This document shows positions 1-13,959 of a stretch of DNA of 64,000 nt, one piece after another. Position numbers and translations under genes: made by a program. Where the stretch lies: assembly GCA_030141605.1 (NCBI GenBank), contig JAQGDQ010000321.1, positions 1-64,000 on the forward strand. The letters run 5' to 3'. The notes below the pieces were generated by a model that worked only from the letters and a program-made list of their open reading frames with translations, ran no database searches and was not told the origin of the DNA. The number at the start of each line of letters is the position of its first letter. The stretch's first letter is position 1. This DNA comes from Tubiluchus corallicola. Taxonomy: Eukaryota; Animalia; Priapulida.

Positions 1-1504
1 AATTTCCGAAAATCAAGTATAAATAATGGAAAAAATATCTAAAAAATAAGTCGAAAAACGCGGCTTTATAGTTATTGTCTGTCAAAAGTCAACTAGATAC
101 GATAGTTTTTGCGTGCGCCACTTAATTGTGAGCCATACCGACTCAAAAATACGCTGCAAAACAGTAATCAGACGCATTGACCCATTTGCAGCTGTAGCAT
201 GGGGTGTTAAATATATTGACTGGATTGCCTCTGGTATATTATATTTGTTTTAAACTTGAGTTAGTTTTGCACAGTATTACAAAAAAAATTTATATCAAAT
301 ATCAAACCCACGTTCTTACAGAACACTAAACCATTTCCTTTGTCATTATTATTGGAGGTTCGCAGCTCATATAGTTTTTTTAATAAACAGCGAAGTTGCA
401 AGGTCAACAATATATCAAATAGTTAATATAAACATTCGTTTTTTCTTCGGTTTGTGAATTCTCAAAATAAATGTAATTCTTGGTACTATCTCAATGGTTG
501 TAAATACCTTGGTAATAAGTTTTTATTTATATAGCGCATGGTGTGCGTAAACTGGTAGGTTAACGTTCCAATTTCAGGTTAATAACGTCAGCATTATAGG
601 TCATACAACATGCAGAATCCAAGCATCTTTCTAATTTTCAGCCTTTTGCCTCTTAGTCTCTTGTGAATAATAAATGTTGAGCTAGTAAAATAATCTACAG
701 TCTTGATCTTAATTTATTTATCACACGTGTCTCTTTCCAGCATCGTAGTAACACTGGAGTAACGAAGTAAAACATATTGTATAGCTGACAGTGAAGTTCT
801 GGCATTTAGATTAACAGCCATACCTTATCTTTCGTTTCCTGCTAGGCCTGTGTGTGTGTACTATTAGTGGTTCATTCACTTGAACCTCGTATGTGCTTAT
901 TTATACAGATAAGCAAAATACAAATCCCTTACGTGAATGAAACAGTCTAAACAAACAGTCAGCTTAACCCTAACCCTCGGCCAAGGTCAGGTCCTGCCAT
1001 GCTAGTTAGAAGGTATTCCTCCAACTAAATCAACAAACTGTAAAGGAAGAGGAATGTTGTGAGTTGCGACTGTGGGCGGGGAAGACCCTGGGGTATGAGC
1101 ATTAACTGCCAGTATTCGTAACACCCGTGAGCTATCGTACGGTTGAGTTAGCGGTTTAAAGGCTTGCTGATATTTCCATTCAACATAAATGGGTTTTAAT
1201 GGTAAATAAAAACTATCTTAAATTATTATAATCGTCACTGTGTCTATAAATTATTGCCGGCAAAAGCTAAACGAATAAACCTCTAAGCCTATTGTTGTAA
1301 CCACAGAATTAGAAAAACGACTTAAGCAAAAAAAAATAACGAAAAACTTTTTTTACATTGCCAGCTGTGACTCTTAATCTACCGTAAATTATCCCACTCT
1401 TGTATTTTAAAGAAAATTATTAGCAGTAATTACAGACTTAATATCTACACCAAAATCAGTTAGTACCTCAGAAGATCAGAGCTTGAGGAACTTCTTGTCG
1501 CTAG

Positions 1505-1612
1505 TTCGCTTTCCTCATTTCTCACCCGGGAGGTAGCGGGTTCAACTCTTGACCGCGTCGTACCAAAGGCTTAAAAATGGCACAGCTGCTTCTTCGACCA
1601 AGCACGTGGGTT
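1505..1612 (+). mobile_element. tRNA-derived SINE fragment
   Basis: B-box-like GGGTTCAACTC is followed by GTCGTACCAAAGGCTTAAAAATGGCAC.GCTGCTTC, which resembles the conserved GTCATACCAAAGAC..AAAAATGG central domain of widespread aquatic-animal SINEs (recalled, not searched). Confidence 0.55.
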
Positions 1613-2143
1613 TATCGAAGTAATAATACATAATAATAGATTTAATCAACTTACCCCATTTATAGTCGTCTGCTAGACATGCCACCCCACTAGGTAGGAT
1701 ATGATGGCGTTTTTTGTTCTTTTATAGTCACATTATCACGAATAAAATATCACAAAACGAAAGACGCACCAAAAGAAAATTTGTCTCTACTCCCTCTTTC
1801 GAGAATCTACACACGATTTAAATATTAAACAACAGAAAATTCCAATACCAGTTAAACTTTACAGTAAGCGGCCAAATGCCCTGAACGTCTTCTTGCTTGA
1901 TTTACAAATCAGTTACTGACTGCGTGGTTGAGCATTCGGCAATGTTCGGTTCAGTGTAATAATTATTACAGCAAAACAGCAAAGAGCGCGGACTGTTAAA
2001 GGAGCGTTCACATCAGCGATGCTACGCCTACTGACGTGCGAGTGTACTTTTCACCACGCGACATACTAATCCTCCTTGGTTCGCGTGACTGAAAAGTTCC
2101 TTAAACTCTTACTTGTTGCGCTCACGGTGCAGTTTGGTGAACA

Positions 2144-2177
2144 TAGCGCCCCCTGGTTTGGTTGCGCCACCTGCTGG
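2144..2177 (-). promoter_or_regulatory. Two adjacent CTCF-like motifs
   Basis: TAGCGCCCCCTGGTT (2144) and TGCGCCACCTGCTGG (2163) match the reverse complement of the CTCF core CCASYAGRKGGCR, within a CpG-richer patch (~1860-2300). Confidence 0.5.
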
Positions 2178-4294
2178 GCGCACTGACTAACACGCGGAGG
2201 CAATGCCCCTCTAACTCGGCGTCTGTCTTTGTGGCGTAACGTACGTAAATATGTTGCCGCGAAATTAGATACTTGAGTTTTCATTGCAGTTTAGATGTGA
2301 GAAAACAAGTTTACGGGCGTTAATAAGTTGTTACTAATTACGCCATTAAAGAACGCCTACAATGGCGTCTAAGAGTTACATGGGGGGTTTAGAAGGTAAT
2401 TTTACATATAAAAGACTATTTTTGCACAATATGGATAACGAGTGTGTGTTACGAACTTTAACTCGTGCATTAACAGGTTATTGAATTCTAAGGATGGATT
2501 AAAAGTTGAGTTTTTGCAAGGGCTGACCCGTATACCATATATAAGATTATAGTACAATACTTCTAAAACACACCCAGTAAAAAATTTTTAAACTCCATGG
2601 AAGGTACATATAAAATCCTGGCGAGGTGGGTGGTTGACTGGTCTTGGTGACTGTTTGGCTGTTATAGTCAGACAGCATGAATCCTGGTCAGTAAGTGGAT
2701 GAGTGAGGTGAAAAAAACTATTTCTGGGTGTTTTTATTTGCCATACTGCTTTAGCTATTTCATTTGTTAAGAGAAGAAGGGTTAAGAGAAGATGTGTTAT
2801 GTAAGCCTACTCTCTGAACGTGCTCAGTGTTTCACCCTAAAATTTTATCGTTGGTACTGAACTAGATACTTGTCTCTCTACAAACATTCAACATTAGTAC
2901 TAGTTGTAGGACATTGAATGCTCGATCTTGAGTGATTGTTAGACGAACTGTATAAAAAGAACCTGAAAATGTTTAAACCCGGGTTAATTGTTTATACTGT
3001 GTAACCTTAATAAACTGTAAAAACAAGTTCTTTAAGTTAGTTTTTACTAGTGTTTTATCCTTGTGTGTATTTTATGTGTTTGTGTTTTTATGGACTAGAT
3101 TGTGAAATAAATAAATAATTCAAAATAAGGTAATTGAATTCAAAAGCTTCGAAAACTAGACAGCAACGTGTTTTTTCAAATTGCAAGCGAGTTGTTATTG
3201 TCGTCTTAGTTTCGTTATAATAATGAACAGTAATGATTATGCTGACGACGACGATGATTCTCATGCTGTGGTTTTACTTGCGTCATTTCTATTAATTTTT
3301 GTATTTTTGTCAATTTATTTAGAGAGTTTTCCCATTTTTATTAGCAGTCAGACGTTCACATTCATATTGAGCTAGTTTCAATACAAAAAGTTAATATGCT
3401 AGTTGCAATGCATTTTGCTCACGTTTTGCTCTATGCTCTAATGAATACTTTTTAATCTTGCTATGATGTGTCCTCTCCTTACCCCAGAGGACAAAGACAA
3501 CTTGTTTGCCAGAGAACACCTGCAAGCTTTGTTATAGGTCACTATTGATTCGATATGAAATTTGCTTTAGTTTTTTTTATTTTTATGGCAGCTTTATTCA
3601 AAACGCGTACACGTCGTTAATTAATCAAGTTTTTACCGTGTGTAGCCTTCTGTTGTTGTAACAAGCGCAGGCCACGCACAACGACCGAGCAGATAAAAAG
3701 CGAAAAGAAAATAGACGACGCCCATGAGCACAATCTGTTGCGTAATTCATGAGCTTTTTCAGCTGATATTACTAATTTTTTCCACAAATCATCTTATCCA
3801 AATTTCATTCAGATAAAAATGACGGAAAGGTATAATTAACCTCGGTGTGACCTTTCCTGCAAACACGTAATTATTACATGTAACACAGTCAATGGGAACA
3901 TTGGTCATGGCAGAGAAGCTGAAATATATATATATATATACATAAATATATAGCGCGAAAATACGTGTAGTACTATTTGTAATACACAACTTCAAATGAA
4001 AAAAATCGCTCTAGTTTTTTAAACTTTTGACAGTGTAATCGTATTATAATATAAGCAACTTGTTTTTAATAGTGTCATATGAATTATTCCTTACACTGTA
4101 ACTCTTTCTCAACTCACTATTTTTGAGTTTATTAGCCTATTTAACCAGGCACTTCATCATTAAATTTTAGTGCAGATGGATAAATATAGGTAGTATAGCC
4201 GGTTCTAATGTTAGCATTATCGACCACAAATGAAGATTTGATCGCGAAATTGCTGTAGTTACTTAACTTATTTGGGTACGGACCGTACGGTATA

Positions 4295-4966
4295 ATATGT
4301 AAGTAACTTTCGCAGTGTTCGATTTTGTACGCTTCTTCGACAGAGGTCATTACATCCTATAGAAGCCATTACATAGAAAAGATAGGTCAAGTGAACTAAT
4401 TAAGCGTTATGTCATATCTTATCTTTGTTGTGTTGCCCTACTTGAACAGTTTTAATCAGTAGTGTAGTAAATACACAGAGAACTTGTAGTTGTGGACCGT
4501 AAAGCGTATTATTTGAACATGAAGTCAGAGATGACGAATTGCAATGAATTTTTATCATACATGCAAAGCAGGGTAGATGTTTTGTTTATAGATTAGTTTT
4601 ATATATACCAGTGCGCAGAATTCGTATGTAAATACTTCTCATTGTGAAGTTTAAATTGTTGAAAGGTGTCGAATAATGATTCAGCTTATAACGCTTCGTT
4701 TTTCTTGTTTATGTAGGTGTCGTCACATTACTAGCATTGTTTACAAGTTAATGTCGCCATCCGCTAAAATTAATTTTTTGAACAGGAATTCAAACGCTGT
4801 GTGTCATGTCTTCCTTACGTATCTTGACTATTTGTCAGTCAAGGGCGACACGGTACGGCCTAATTAGTTCTGGCCTATCTTTTCCATCATAATGGCTTCT
4901 ATAGGATGAAGCAACATGTGTAGAAGAAGCGTACATAATCGAACAATGCGAAAGTCATTTACATAT
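4295..4966. mobile_element. MITE-like element with ~120-bp imperfect inverted arms
   Basis: 4295-~4413 (..CTTTCGCAGTGTTCGATTTTGTACGCTTCTT..CATCCTATAGAAGCCATTA..) is the reverse complement of ~4846-4966, with scattered mismatches. Confidence 0.7.
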
Positions 4967-5399
4967 GTGAAGATTTTAAGTTGTAAATTTCTAGGCAATA
5001 TATTTTTAATATGTGATTTAGATTTTTAGTTAGTAATTTTAATCTGTTTTATCAATAATTTTTCATGTATGTTGTAAATATATGTAATATAGTACTATGT
5101 GTACTGAACTAAAAAGAAGCGAAAATTAAAATTAAGTCAATTAACTACAACAATACTTGTACAGCCAAGATGCGATAGACATGACGTATAGCGTTTTCAT
5201 AAAACCTTCTTCCTGTCTCGCCCCAACATCCATCTTATTTCTAGTTTTCAAAAAACCTTTCGCTTTTATACAATTATATCGTAAGATTAGTGATCAGGAT
5301 AAAGCTAAAATAGCTAATCGTAAACAAGAGATATCTATCACAATGACGAATGGCGATGGTGACAGGACGAAAGTGACGGTGATTATGGTGATTATAATG

Positions 5400-6180
5400 A
5401 CATCAGGAAAAAATGGCTGTTTTAGAACGCTGATTGTTGAGTGCATATCGGAGCCTTGGCTTGAAATTTTTTGACTACAATGCTTAAGTATCCTGAGGTC
5501 AAGTTAAAGGTCAGATTATGCAAAATGAAGGTAGGAAAAAGTTGACACTTCTTTCTTGTGTACTTTCATTACTGCCGCATCTACCACAATCTTCACAGCT
5601 CTATTGTCCGCTTCTTATTGAGCTCGAGTTAAGCAAATACACCCCTGCTTTCATTTCAACAAAATTAAACTCATGAGGTGGATTGCCCTGGTAGAGGGCA
5701 CTCTTAAAGATGTCAGTGTCACTAAAATTAGGAGAGTGTGGATGGCACCAAGCAAATCTTAAAAGTAACTAATATTCATGCGTGAAACATGTTAGTAAAT
5801 CTAACCGCATGCATTATTTTAATTTGCTTCTGTAAACATTGATCTAATGTGGATGCGCCATGTACTTGAAGTTGAATACGTGCAGTTTAAACAAGCTTGT
5901 TTGCTCCATGATTCAATCTTGTCAAGTCCTGTTAAAAAACTGAGGTCATCACCCCATGTATCCGAACTTTTAAACAAATAACCCTTTCGTTCTGAAACTT
6001 GACAGAAAGTTATTGGGCCGGAAAATTAGCTTTGCAGCTTCAGAAGCGTAATGAGCATCTCCAGGCGCATAGGAAGAGAATCTATGATGTGCTAATGGAA
6101 AGTTTTACCTCCAGTTACTCTCAAAAGCAGCAAATTGTTGTTAAAAGCTTCGCGTTATACAGAATTTTGCGCGAAGTGTA
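5400..6180 (-). mobile_element. Heavily decayed non-LTR reverse transcriptase fragment
   Basis: Broken minus-strand frames give GPITF (~6020) and a Y..DDL-like remnant (~5950) at RT-like spacing, then weak post-RT-like segments. Many stops and frameshifts. Confidence 0.3.
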
Positions 6181-7861
6181 AAGTATTTCAAAAGGACATC
6201 TCTGCTAGCTTACTAGGAAACGCAGAACCTTTGACTTTGGACTGTGTAACTTGTTATGCGTTCAACGATTACAATTTACATCCGATATTATAGAAATCAA
6301 TATGTGTGTAATTCTAAAATACACCCTGATTAACTAAAAGAGACAAAGTTGGAGACTATCATTTCCAATAATAAAACTTTTGACTTCCAAAACGATCTTT
6401 CTGATTCATAATTAAATGCCACGAACTGCAGCAATGGGTGTTACGCGCTAGACAACATCACTTTGTTTGGCCCAACAAAGACTTTGATTTTACTCTACCT
6501 ACTGAATAAAAAAGTACCAGTTGTGCCACATTTAATTTTAACTTCTAACAATTTTTTTCGTTAGGTTAAAATTTGGCCCAAATCCGTACTCGCTGTAAAT
6601 TCTAGGCAATGTGCATGCGTGTTTCGCTACGTTACGGGTAAATTTGCCAGGAAAATCGTAAGAAAAGTAGTTTAGACCCTTTAGAAACCCGTTCTTTTCA
6701 ACAATATTTCAGATTATAGAAGTCCAAACCCTATATGCCAGTGTTTGAGCAACTATTACAACGGTAACATCATGTGTGTTGAACAATTTCTTAAAACAAG
6801 CATCAGTTAAATGAATTCCACGTCTTTTCATGGCAGTTATCGGGTAATAAAATTACATTTTGAGGCTGTAATCCGGTTGTGTAAACAGTGAAATGCGTTG
6901 AAATAACAAGTTTTTAACAAAGTGGCACATCTTGTTCGATCGTTCTGATTTGAATCAGGAGCATACCTAAAGTGCAGAACACGTGATATTCCAAAATATA
7001 GTTGTTGTAATCGTAACGTGGTATTCTCCCAATGGCAGAAACTAAAAGCATTTAGTAAAAAATCCAATGTTTTATTGCACAGCATCATGGCTGCGTATTG
7101 GAAGGTCATCGGCTGCGTATTGTAATTTCATCGGGCGCGTACTATATTCAGCTGGAAAAAAATAGATAGAATGGGGGACAATTTTTCAGCATCTCCCTTC
7201 TTTCTTCAACTCATTACCCGCGATGGGTAATAATTGTTGTGAAATAAATCAGCAGTGATTTCTGAAAATTCTGGCATTCACGGTCATAATCTAATTAACA
7301 GATCGGGCAAAGCCAAATAACCAGCAGGGTCCAACTCGCAATGGCCAATTATTCATTCGAGAATTTATTCATTTCTCGGGCTTTATTTAATTGAGTTTTA
7401 TTTAATCAAACGGGCTGCTGCAGCATCACAAAAGCTACTCGGAAAATTGTAATACACACTGCGAGAGTCAAAGTCAAAATCAAGCGTGCGTTATTAATAT
7501 TATCTTTATTTTTTCCAGCCATACCATATGTTTGCACTAAAATTTGTTTAGTAGTAAAACAGAGGCATCATAATGAAACGTTGTGCTTGGGAAACAGTAA
7601 GAACAATAGTCAAAACAAAGTTAAGACCATTGTTTTAGACTTTTTAATCTATAGAGCGATCATCATGATTAATTAAACTCTCATTATACGGTACAAAAAG
7701 AACGAGAGAAAAACGTAACCAAGGAACTTTAATTATAACACAGCAATAAGAGCACCAAGTATATAGCAGAGACGGATTAAAATTCGTATTTAGTAATCTT
7801 TTGCTTCCCCCCTTTTCTTCCTGTTTTCTAAAACGTATCCCCTAAAGCGTCCTACTTAATA

Positions 7862-8140
7862 GTAGTTTACTGTTGTTGTTGTTGTTGTTGCCGTCGTTAG
7901 TGCTGATGCAACTGCTGTTGTTGTTGTTGTTGCTGCTGTTGCCATTGTCGTTGTCGTCGTCGCCACTGCCGCTGCCACCGCGACTGTTGTTGTTGTCTTT
8001 GTCTTTGTCGTGGTTTTGGTTACCATCACCGTGGTTGTCATCATCGTTGTTTATTGTTGTTGGTGTTGTAGTTGTTGTTGTTGTTACTGCTGCTGTTGCT
8101 GCTGTTGTTGTTGTTGTAACTATTTGCCAGAATACCGTTG
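7862..8140. repeat. Compound (GTT/GCT/GTC)n trinucleotide microsatellite
   Basis: Directly visible; it explains the poly-T, poly-L/V and poly-N ORFs in the track. Confidence 0.95.
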
Positions 8141-9869
8141 TTTATAAAAAGGCCCAACTGTCCAACAAACTGTATATGTCCTACATAGTAAAAAGGCAAA
8201 AGGAAATTTAAAAAATTTAGAAATTGTGTAGTGAGACTGATCATTGTTTGAACAAGCTCGTCTATACAGGGTTGTCGTATTAGTTAATGGCGATCATATC
8301 ACACTTGCTCTAATCCGCTTAAGAAGCATTGGAGAACAAGTATCTCATTACAACTACAGGTAATTATCTGTAAATCATATCAGCGTCTTTTCTCGTACCT
8401 AATTGTACCAGGGTTGCTGTCCCTAGCTAGCAGCATCCAGTGCAGCTATAGCGCAGGTGTCAGCTTGAATCTAGGACTGTCAATATTTAAGTTCATTGTG
8501 AGCATAATTAATGGTATCTGTCGGTGCAATAGGTGAGACGTTTTATATTCCTACATCCCAACGTTTATAGGCACCATTGTTGACACGATTTATGGAACTT
8601 ACAGAGATTCATCAAGGTTAGCCAAACTACTATAAATTATAAAGCGCATAAACCAAATATATTGCAGCTGTTTTGTAGTGATGTATCATGTTAATTTTTA
8701 TAAGGCTTCCCCTTCTTCAAGCCTTTTTCTGCTTATAACTGAGTACCGAAAATCATTTGTTTATTGGGTTCTCCTGTTTTTTGCAGTAGGGCACAGTACT
8801 TAGTGGTTGGGTATTTTTAATATAGATTGTAGCTGGACCGGAATCTCTCGTATTGTCAATGTTGATCGTCTGAGGTGAGTCTGATCAAAGCGAACTTTTA
8901 GCCACATTCTGACGCGTACACATCTTTCTTCTGCGAGAAAAGTAGCAGTTTGGCAGGTGAAACCACTCAGAACCCCATGAATTCATCCATCCGTCCATTT
9001 ACTTGCCAGCCTTGGCGTTGCTTACATACCCGTGAATGCTGTTGCTGTGTGTTGTTACTCTTGCTGCTTTCATTCTTTCTGCCATTTTTGCTACCATCCT
9101 TCTACCTTTTGTTGTTTGCCTTTCTCAATCCTGTTGACCTTCCAGCACCGAATACGACAAAGTTCTTGCAGTTTTTATTTTTGTGTGATTCTTTTGCCTT
9201 TTGTAATTTAGATCCTATACATAATTATCCCTCATACAGATTTTCCACTCTCTAGCGGCCCGCCTGCAATTTACGATTTCTCTGCTCTGACTCATTTAGT
9301 TAGTAACTGCAGCAACTAACTGCACAATGTAATAAAAATTCCCGAGGGAAAATTTCATTACATGGCTATATTGTCAGGTCAGATGTTACTGCCCTTCTGT
9401 CCTCAAAGCAATGCTGTTTTTTGAAAACCCAAAATTATTTAGTTGCAAGTTTAACTGACAGTTGTAAAAATCTTGTAATATGATACATGTGTTTTTTATC
9501 ATTTAATTTATTTGACACTGCACTTAATGAGCACGAGAAGCAGCATTGTGCTTGACGACAAATTGACTACATTTGAATTCTCATGTGACCCAGCCCTGCG
9601 CTATTAATTAAAACAATGTACCTCTGTCTCAAACACCAAGACGACAAGAATAAATTTAACAACTTTTCATAACTCACAAAATAACGAGGTAATTTGTAAG
9701 AATGATGCCCGCAAGGCAAAAAACGAAGAAACTGAAAATGAAAGAAACAATTTTGCAAAAGGGGTGAAGTTGATAACAGTACCAACGCACATTATATACT
9801 GGCACTGGATCAAAACTGCTAAAGTCTGTTCTAGGACTTAATTAATAAAAACAAATCTGTTTCACCAAG

Positions 9870-11630
9870 TAGTTCACTTAGGCATTTCACCACTGTAACT
9901 GCTCTTGTTGTGTCAGTGCTTGGCATTCACAACTATCACTCTTTGCTGAAAAGCCTTCAGCGTTATGCTTTGTTGATGATATGTTATAGCAAAGCCCTTT
10001 CAAAACTTTAAGCTCCTGTAAGACTATAAGACAAGAGTATAAGGCCTTATAAGACTTTGAAAGAGCATTGTGTTACAATAGTCTCTCTTCTGTGGGGCAT
10101 AGCCAGCACTGTTATGCTTGGCTGGTGGCATTTTCACAGCAGCCTCACCGCTTTCTTGGCATGCAGGGTTACGCTTTGCTGATGGCATTTCACAATCGTT
10201 TCTTCTCTTCGCTGGTCTGCAACGTTATAATTTGCTGATGACATTTCACAATGGTTTCTTCTCTTCACTGGTCTGAAATGTTACAGTTTGCTGATGACAT
10301 TTCACAATGGTTTCTTCTCTTCACTGGTCTACAACGTTACACTTTGGCATTTCACAACGGTTTTTCCTCTTCGCTAGTATTTAATTAGTTTAAACATATT
10401 TACTTTAGAATCTTAAATTTTTAATAATCATGCTCAGTCAGCTGATCTTGAAGGGGAATGATCCTATATGTCATACACTTCATCCGTCTCTACATTTCAT
10501 ATACAGTAATATCGTGCAAGTTTTATTAATGGCGTTACAGCAATCTTTCCTCTTCGCCTGTCTGCAGCTAGATGCTTTATTGACGGCATTCACAGCGGTC
10601 TTTCCTCTTCACAGGCAGGCAGAATTACATTTTACTTACTGCATTTTACGTCTATATCTCCTCTTCACTGGTGTGCAGCGTAACACTTTATTAACGACAT
10701 TCACAAGGGTCTCTCCTCTCCACTGGTGTGCAGAATTATGTTTTACGTCTGTCTCTCCTCTTCACTGGTGTGCAGCGTAATCCTTTATCGACGACATTCA
10801 CAAGGGTCTCTCCTCTCCACTGGTGTGCAGAATTATGTTTTACGTCTGTCTCTCCTGTTCGCTGGTGTGCAACATAATACTTTAGTGACGGCATTCACAA
10901 CGGTCCTTCCTCTTCACTGGTGTGCAGAATTATGCTTTACTTATGGCATTTTAGGACTGTCTCTCCCCTTCACTGGTGTGAAGCGTAATGCTTTATTGAC
11001 GACAATCACAAGGTCTTTCCTCTTCACTGGTGTGCAGAATTATGCTTTTCTTATAGTATTATAGGACTCTCTCTTCTCTTCACTGGTGTGCGGAATTGAA
11101 TTACACTTTACTTATGACATTTTAGGACTGTCTCTCCCCTTCACTGGTATGCAACACAATACTTTATTGACGGCATTCACAACGGTCTCTCCTCTTCAGT
11201 GGTGTGCAGAATTACGCTTTACTTATGGCATTTTAGGACTGTCTCTCCCCTTCACTGGTGAGCAACGTAATGCTTTATTGACGACATTCACAATGGTCTC
11301 TCCTCCTCATCGGTGTGCAGAATTACGCTTTACTTATGGCATTTTAGGACTGTCTCTCCTGTTCGCTGGTGTGAAATGTAATGCTTTATTGACGGCATTC
11401 CCAACAGTCTCTCCTCTTCACTAGTGTGGGCGACATTCACAACGGTCTTTTCTCTTCAACTGCATGCAAAATCACGCCTTAACCTGTGGCATTTTAGGGC
11501 TGTCTCTCGCCTTAACTGGTGTGCAGCATAATGCTTTGTTTCCGGTATTCACAACAGTCTGTTCCTCTTTGCTGGCATGATGCTTTACACCTTGCTGACG
11601 CATTTTACCACGATCTCTCCTTTTCGCTGC
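9870..11630. repeat. 55/56-bp minisatellite with dimeric (111-bp) higher-order repeat
   Basis: Core CTCTCCTCTTCACTGGTGTGCAG recurs (CACTGG position) at 10666, 10721, 10763, 10818, 10860, 10915, 10971, 11025, 11081, 11142, 11197, 11253, 11308, 11364 and 11419. More diverged 56-bp monomers lie at ~9870-10380. Confidence 0.92.
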
Positions 11631-13959
11631 AGACATCACAACAATCTATTTTTCCTCTTAAACCAACTGAGCCAGTATTTTGAGGTTTTTAAGCTTAACA
11701 GTTACACTACACCCACACCTATTATTCCTGTGCCTTACTATACATTCGTTACTATACATACTGAGCGTTCCAATAACACTTTTTTAAGATTTTTACGGTT
11801 TACGAAATTAACAGACAAATACCTGTATTTACCGGGTTAGGGAAACAACATTCACATTTTCTTCCGCGCCATTGGGTGGGCCTGGTGCAAGGAAAAGGCG
11901 TTTGGTGAAGCATAAGCTAAGTGAATCAGACGACTTGAGTGGTGTAATGATTTCTCCTTATCTCCTTACCGAATGAGATGCAATTTCTTGCCTGACTTGT
12001 GTAATTTTCGAACATTCTCCTCGTGCTTTAGTTTTTGGATTTATGGTGTATTAGACGCTAGACATATCGCTAGATTTAAACGCTAAACAGTTTTGTCTTC
12101 TTTTCTTGTCTCGCATAAAATTGTATATTTATTTATTTGAACAATATCTAAGTCGCTGTTTAAAAACAAAAATGAAATAAAATAATTGGCATACCTATAG
12201 AGAAAATTTTAACAAAGATGCCTGTGAGTTAATTTCTAAAGTATATAACAGGCCAGTCTTCAGATAAAATTCCTAAAAAATACAGCTGTCTTATTTTGTA
12301 AAGCTATGTTAGTTGCAAGGTGCAAAGTTTTTTGTATTTCTTGTTGTTGGCCTTGATTACAGATGTTCGTTCGGCACCAGTAACCTACATTAACTTGCTT
12401 GCTTAAGTTACGCAATAAATTATAGAAATGAAGCTCTGGCACCATCTAAAGCATCCATGTCCGTTTATTAATCCAGCAAATTTATCTGGAGGCATTGTCG
12501 TCACGAATAATGTAGATTGGCTAGTTTAGGACTAACCAAATAACTCATTAAACAGCAAAAGTTTGCCCAAGTGCCAGATCACTTGTTTGGGACCATAAAG
12601 AAGGTGTGGTAGAATTAACTTTGCAGAGATGTTGGCTAGTGCGGCAAATCCTGTAATGAGATTTTTTTGGTTTCGTTATTCAATATTATTAGTTGAGTAG
12701 TTAGTTTCGTAAGGTTTCTATGCTACCTCTTTCCTCCGCCGCCTGGCAACTCATCTCTATGGTTTCATTTGACTCGGATCATTGCATCGCTTATCGTCGG
12801 CTAGCATCTTCCCAGCATCAGTACCAGTACATTGCCCTCTCGCAACTAATAAACCGCATCATTCCACCGCCAGTCAATCAGCTAGTCGATTCAGGGTCAG
12901 CTCTAGCTAGCCATAAACACGTGTCAGTCATGGACTAGCCTATTTCAGGGTAAGATGTCTGCTTACAAACTCAAATACTGAGTTCAGAGTTGCTGAAACT
13001 GGCTATACTTAACTGCTCACATTCTCGATTGAGCGGTTAAAGATTTTAATGAAGCTAGAAGTGGTGTATCACTGGTTTTGGTACTAGTGCCTCGATCCAT
13101 AATTCAAGTTTGTTCCTTGGGAAACACTGTAACCCATACTTCACAGTTCAAAGTGCACTTGATAACTATGGAATTTTCATTAACAGGCCGGAACTAGTAA
13201 TGGTTTACAGTCCTAACATGTCACAAGCAGTAATGTGCTTAAACTTTATACTACACTACAAATGTTTGCTGGTATAGTGATATAAACATCCAAAAATAGC
13301 TAGAAAAAATAACTTGAACTTGTGATTAGAGAACAAAAAACCTACATCAAGTAAACATATCGGGGATTAAAATTATTAAAAAAACGAAACTGAAGAAAAT
13401 AATGTTTGATTAAGCCATTTTGCCATTCCTGTTTATTACCTATTCATATATGCTACGTTTCAAGTAAAATTATAATGTTTTTCATTATTATTTTCTTTAT
13501 GTTAGAATAAATTTCATGTACATTTGACGACTGTGAGGATGCTCAACGTAGCAGCTAATTTGAAGTAAACTTTTCTGGTGAATTAGGTAGGTGTTTTTCT
13601 CATAACTCAGCTTCCACGAACTAGTCATGATAAACAGTATGGTGAGTTAGTGTAGACTGTTTACATCTTTAGCCCTACGCTGAGGTTAGATCAAAGCGAT
13701 CTTACTGTTTTATTCTACCCCGCAGCTCACTATAACCTTTGCTTATACATGCATATAACCATATAAGCTGACATTGAATATTTGTCAGTCTATTACAATC
13801 GCCAAATGGTTAAAGAAATGTAGATAAACACTATGTGGAATGGTCGTACATTATTGATTATGATTCTGTTTAAATATTTGCTCAGCCTTTTGATAGCATT
13901 TATAATACCAATATAGGTTATCATTAAATGATCACTTGTTTATCTTTGTTTTATTCCAT

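Noticed and set aside
2750-3120. Possible decayed CR1 3' end with (TAAA)n tail
   Set aside because: Similarity is too faint to call by eye.
7856-8244. Poly-Thr, poly-Leu/Val and poly-Asn ORFs
   Set aside because: Artefacts of the trinucleotide microsatellite; no supporting splice structure.
10430-11424. C2H2 zinc-finger array (minus-strand CACACCAGTGAAGAG resembles the HTGEK linker)
   Set aside because: The period is 55/56 bp rather than 84 bp, and there is no C-x2-C...H-x3-H spacing.
10540-11560. CRISPR-like array (constant ~23-bp core with ~32-bp intervening segments)
   Set aside because: The intervening segments are not unique; they alternate between two related types. There are no cas genes and the context is eukaryotic. 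It is a minisatellite.
12652-12947. Possible solo LTR (TGTAAT...TTTCA with internal AATAAA); similar candidate at ~34433-34765
   Set aside because: No target-site duplication and no second copy in the window; cannot be supported without a repeat search.
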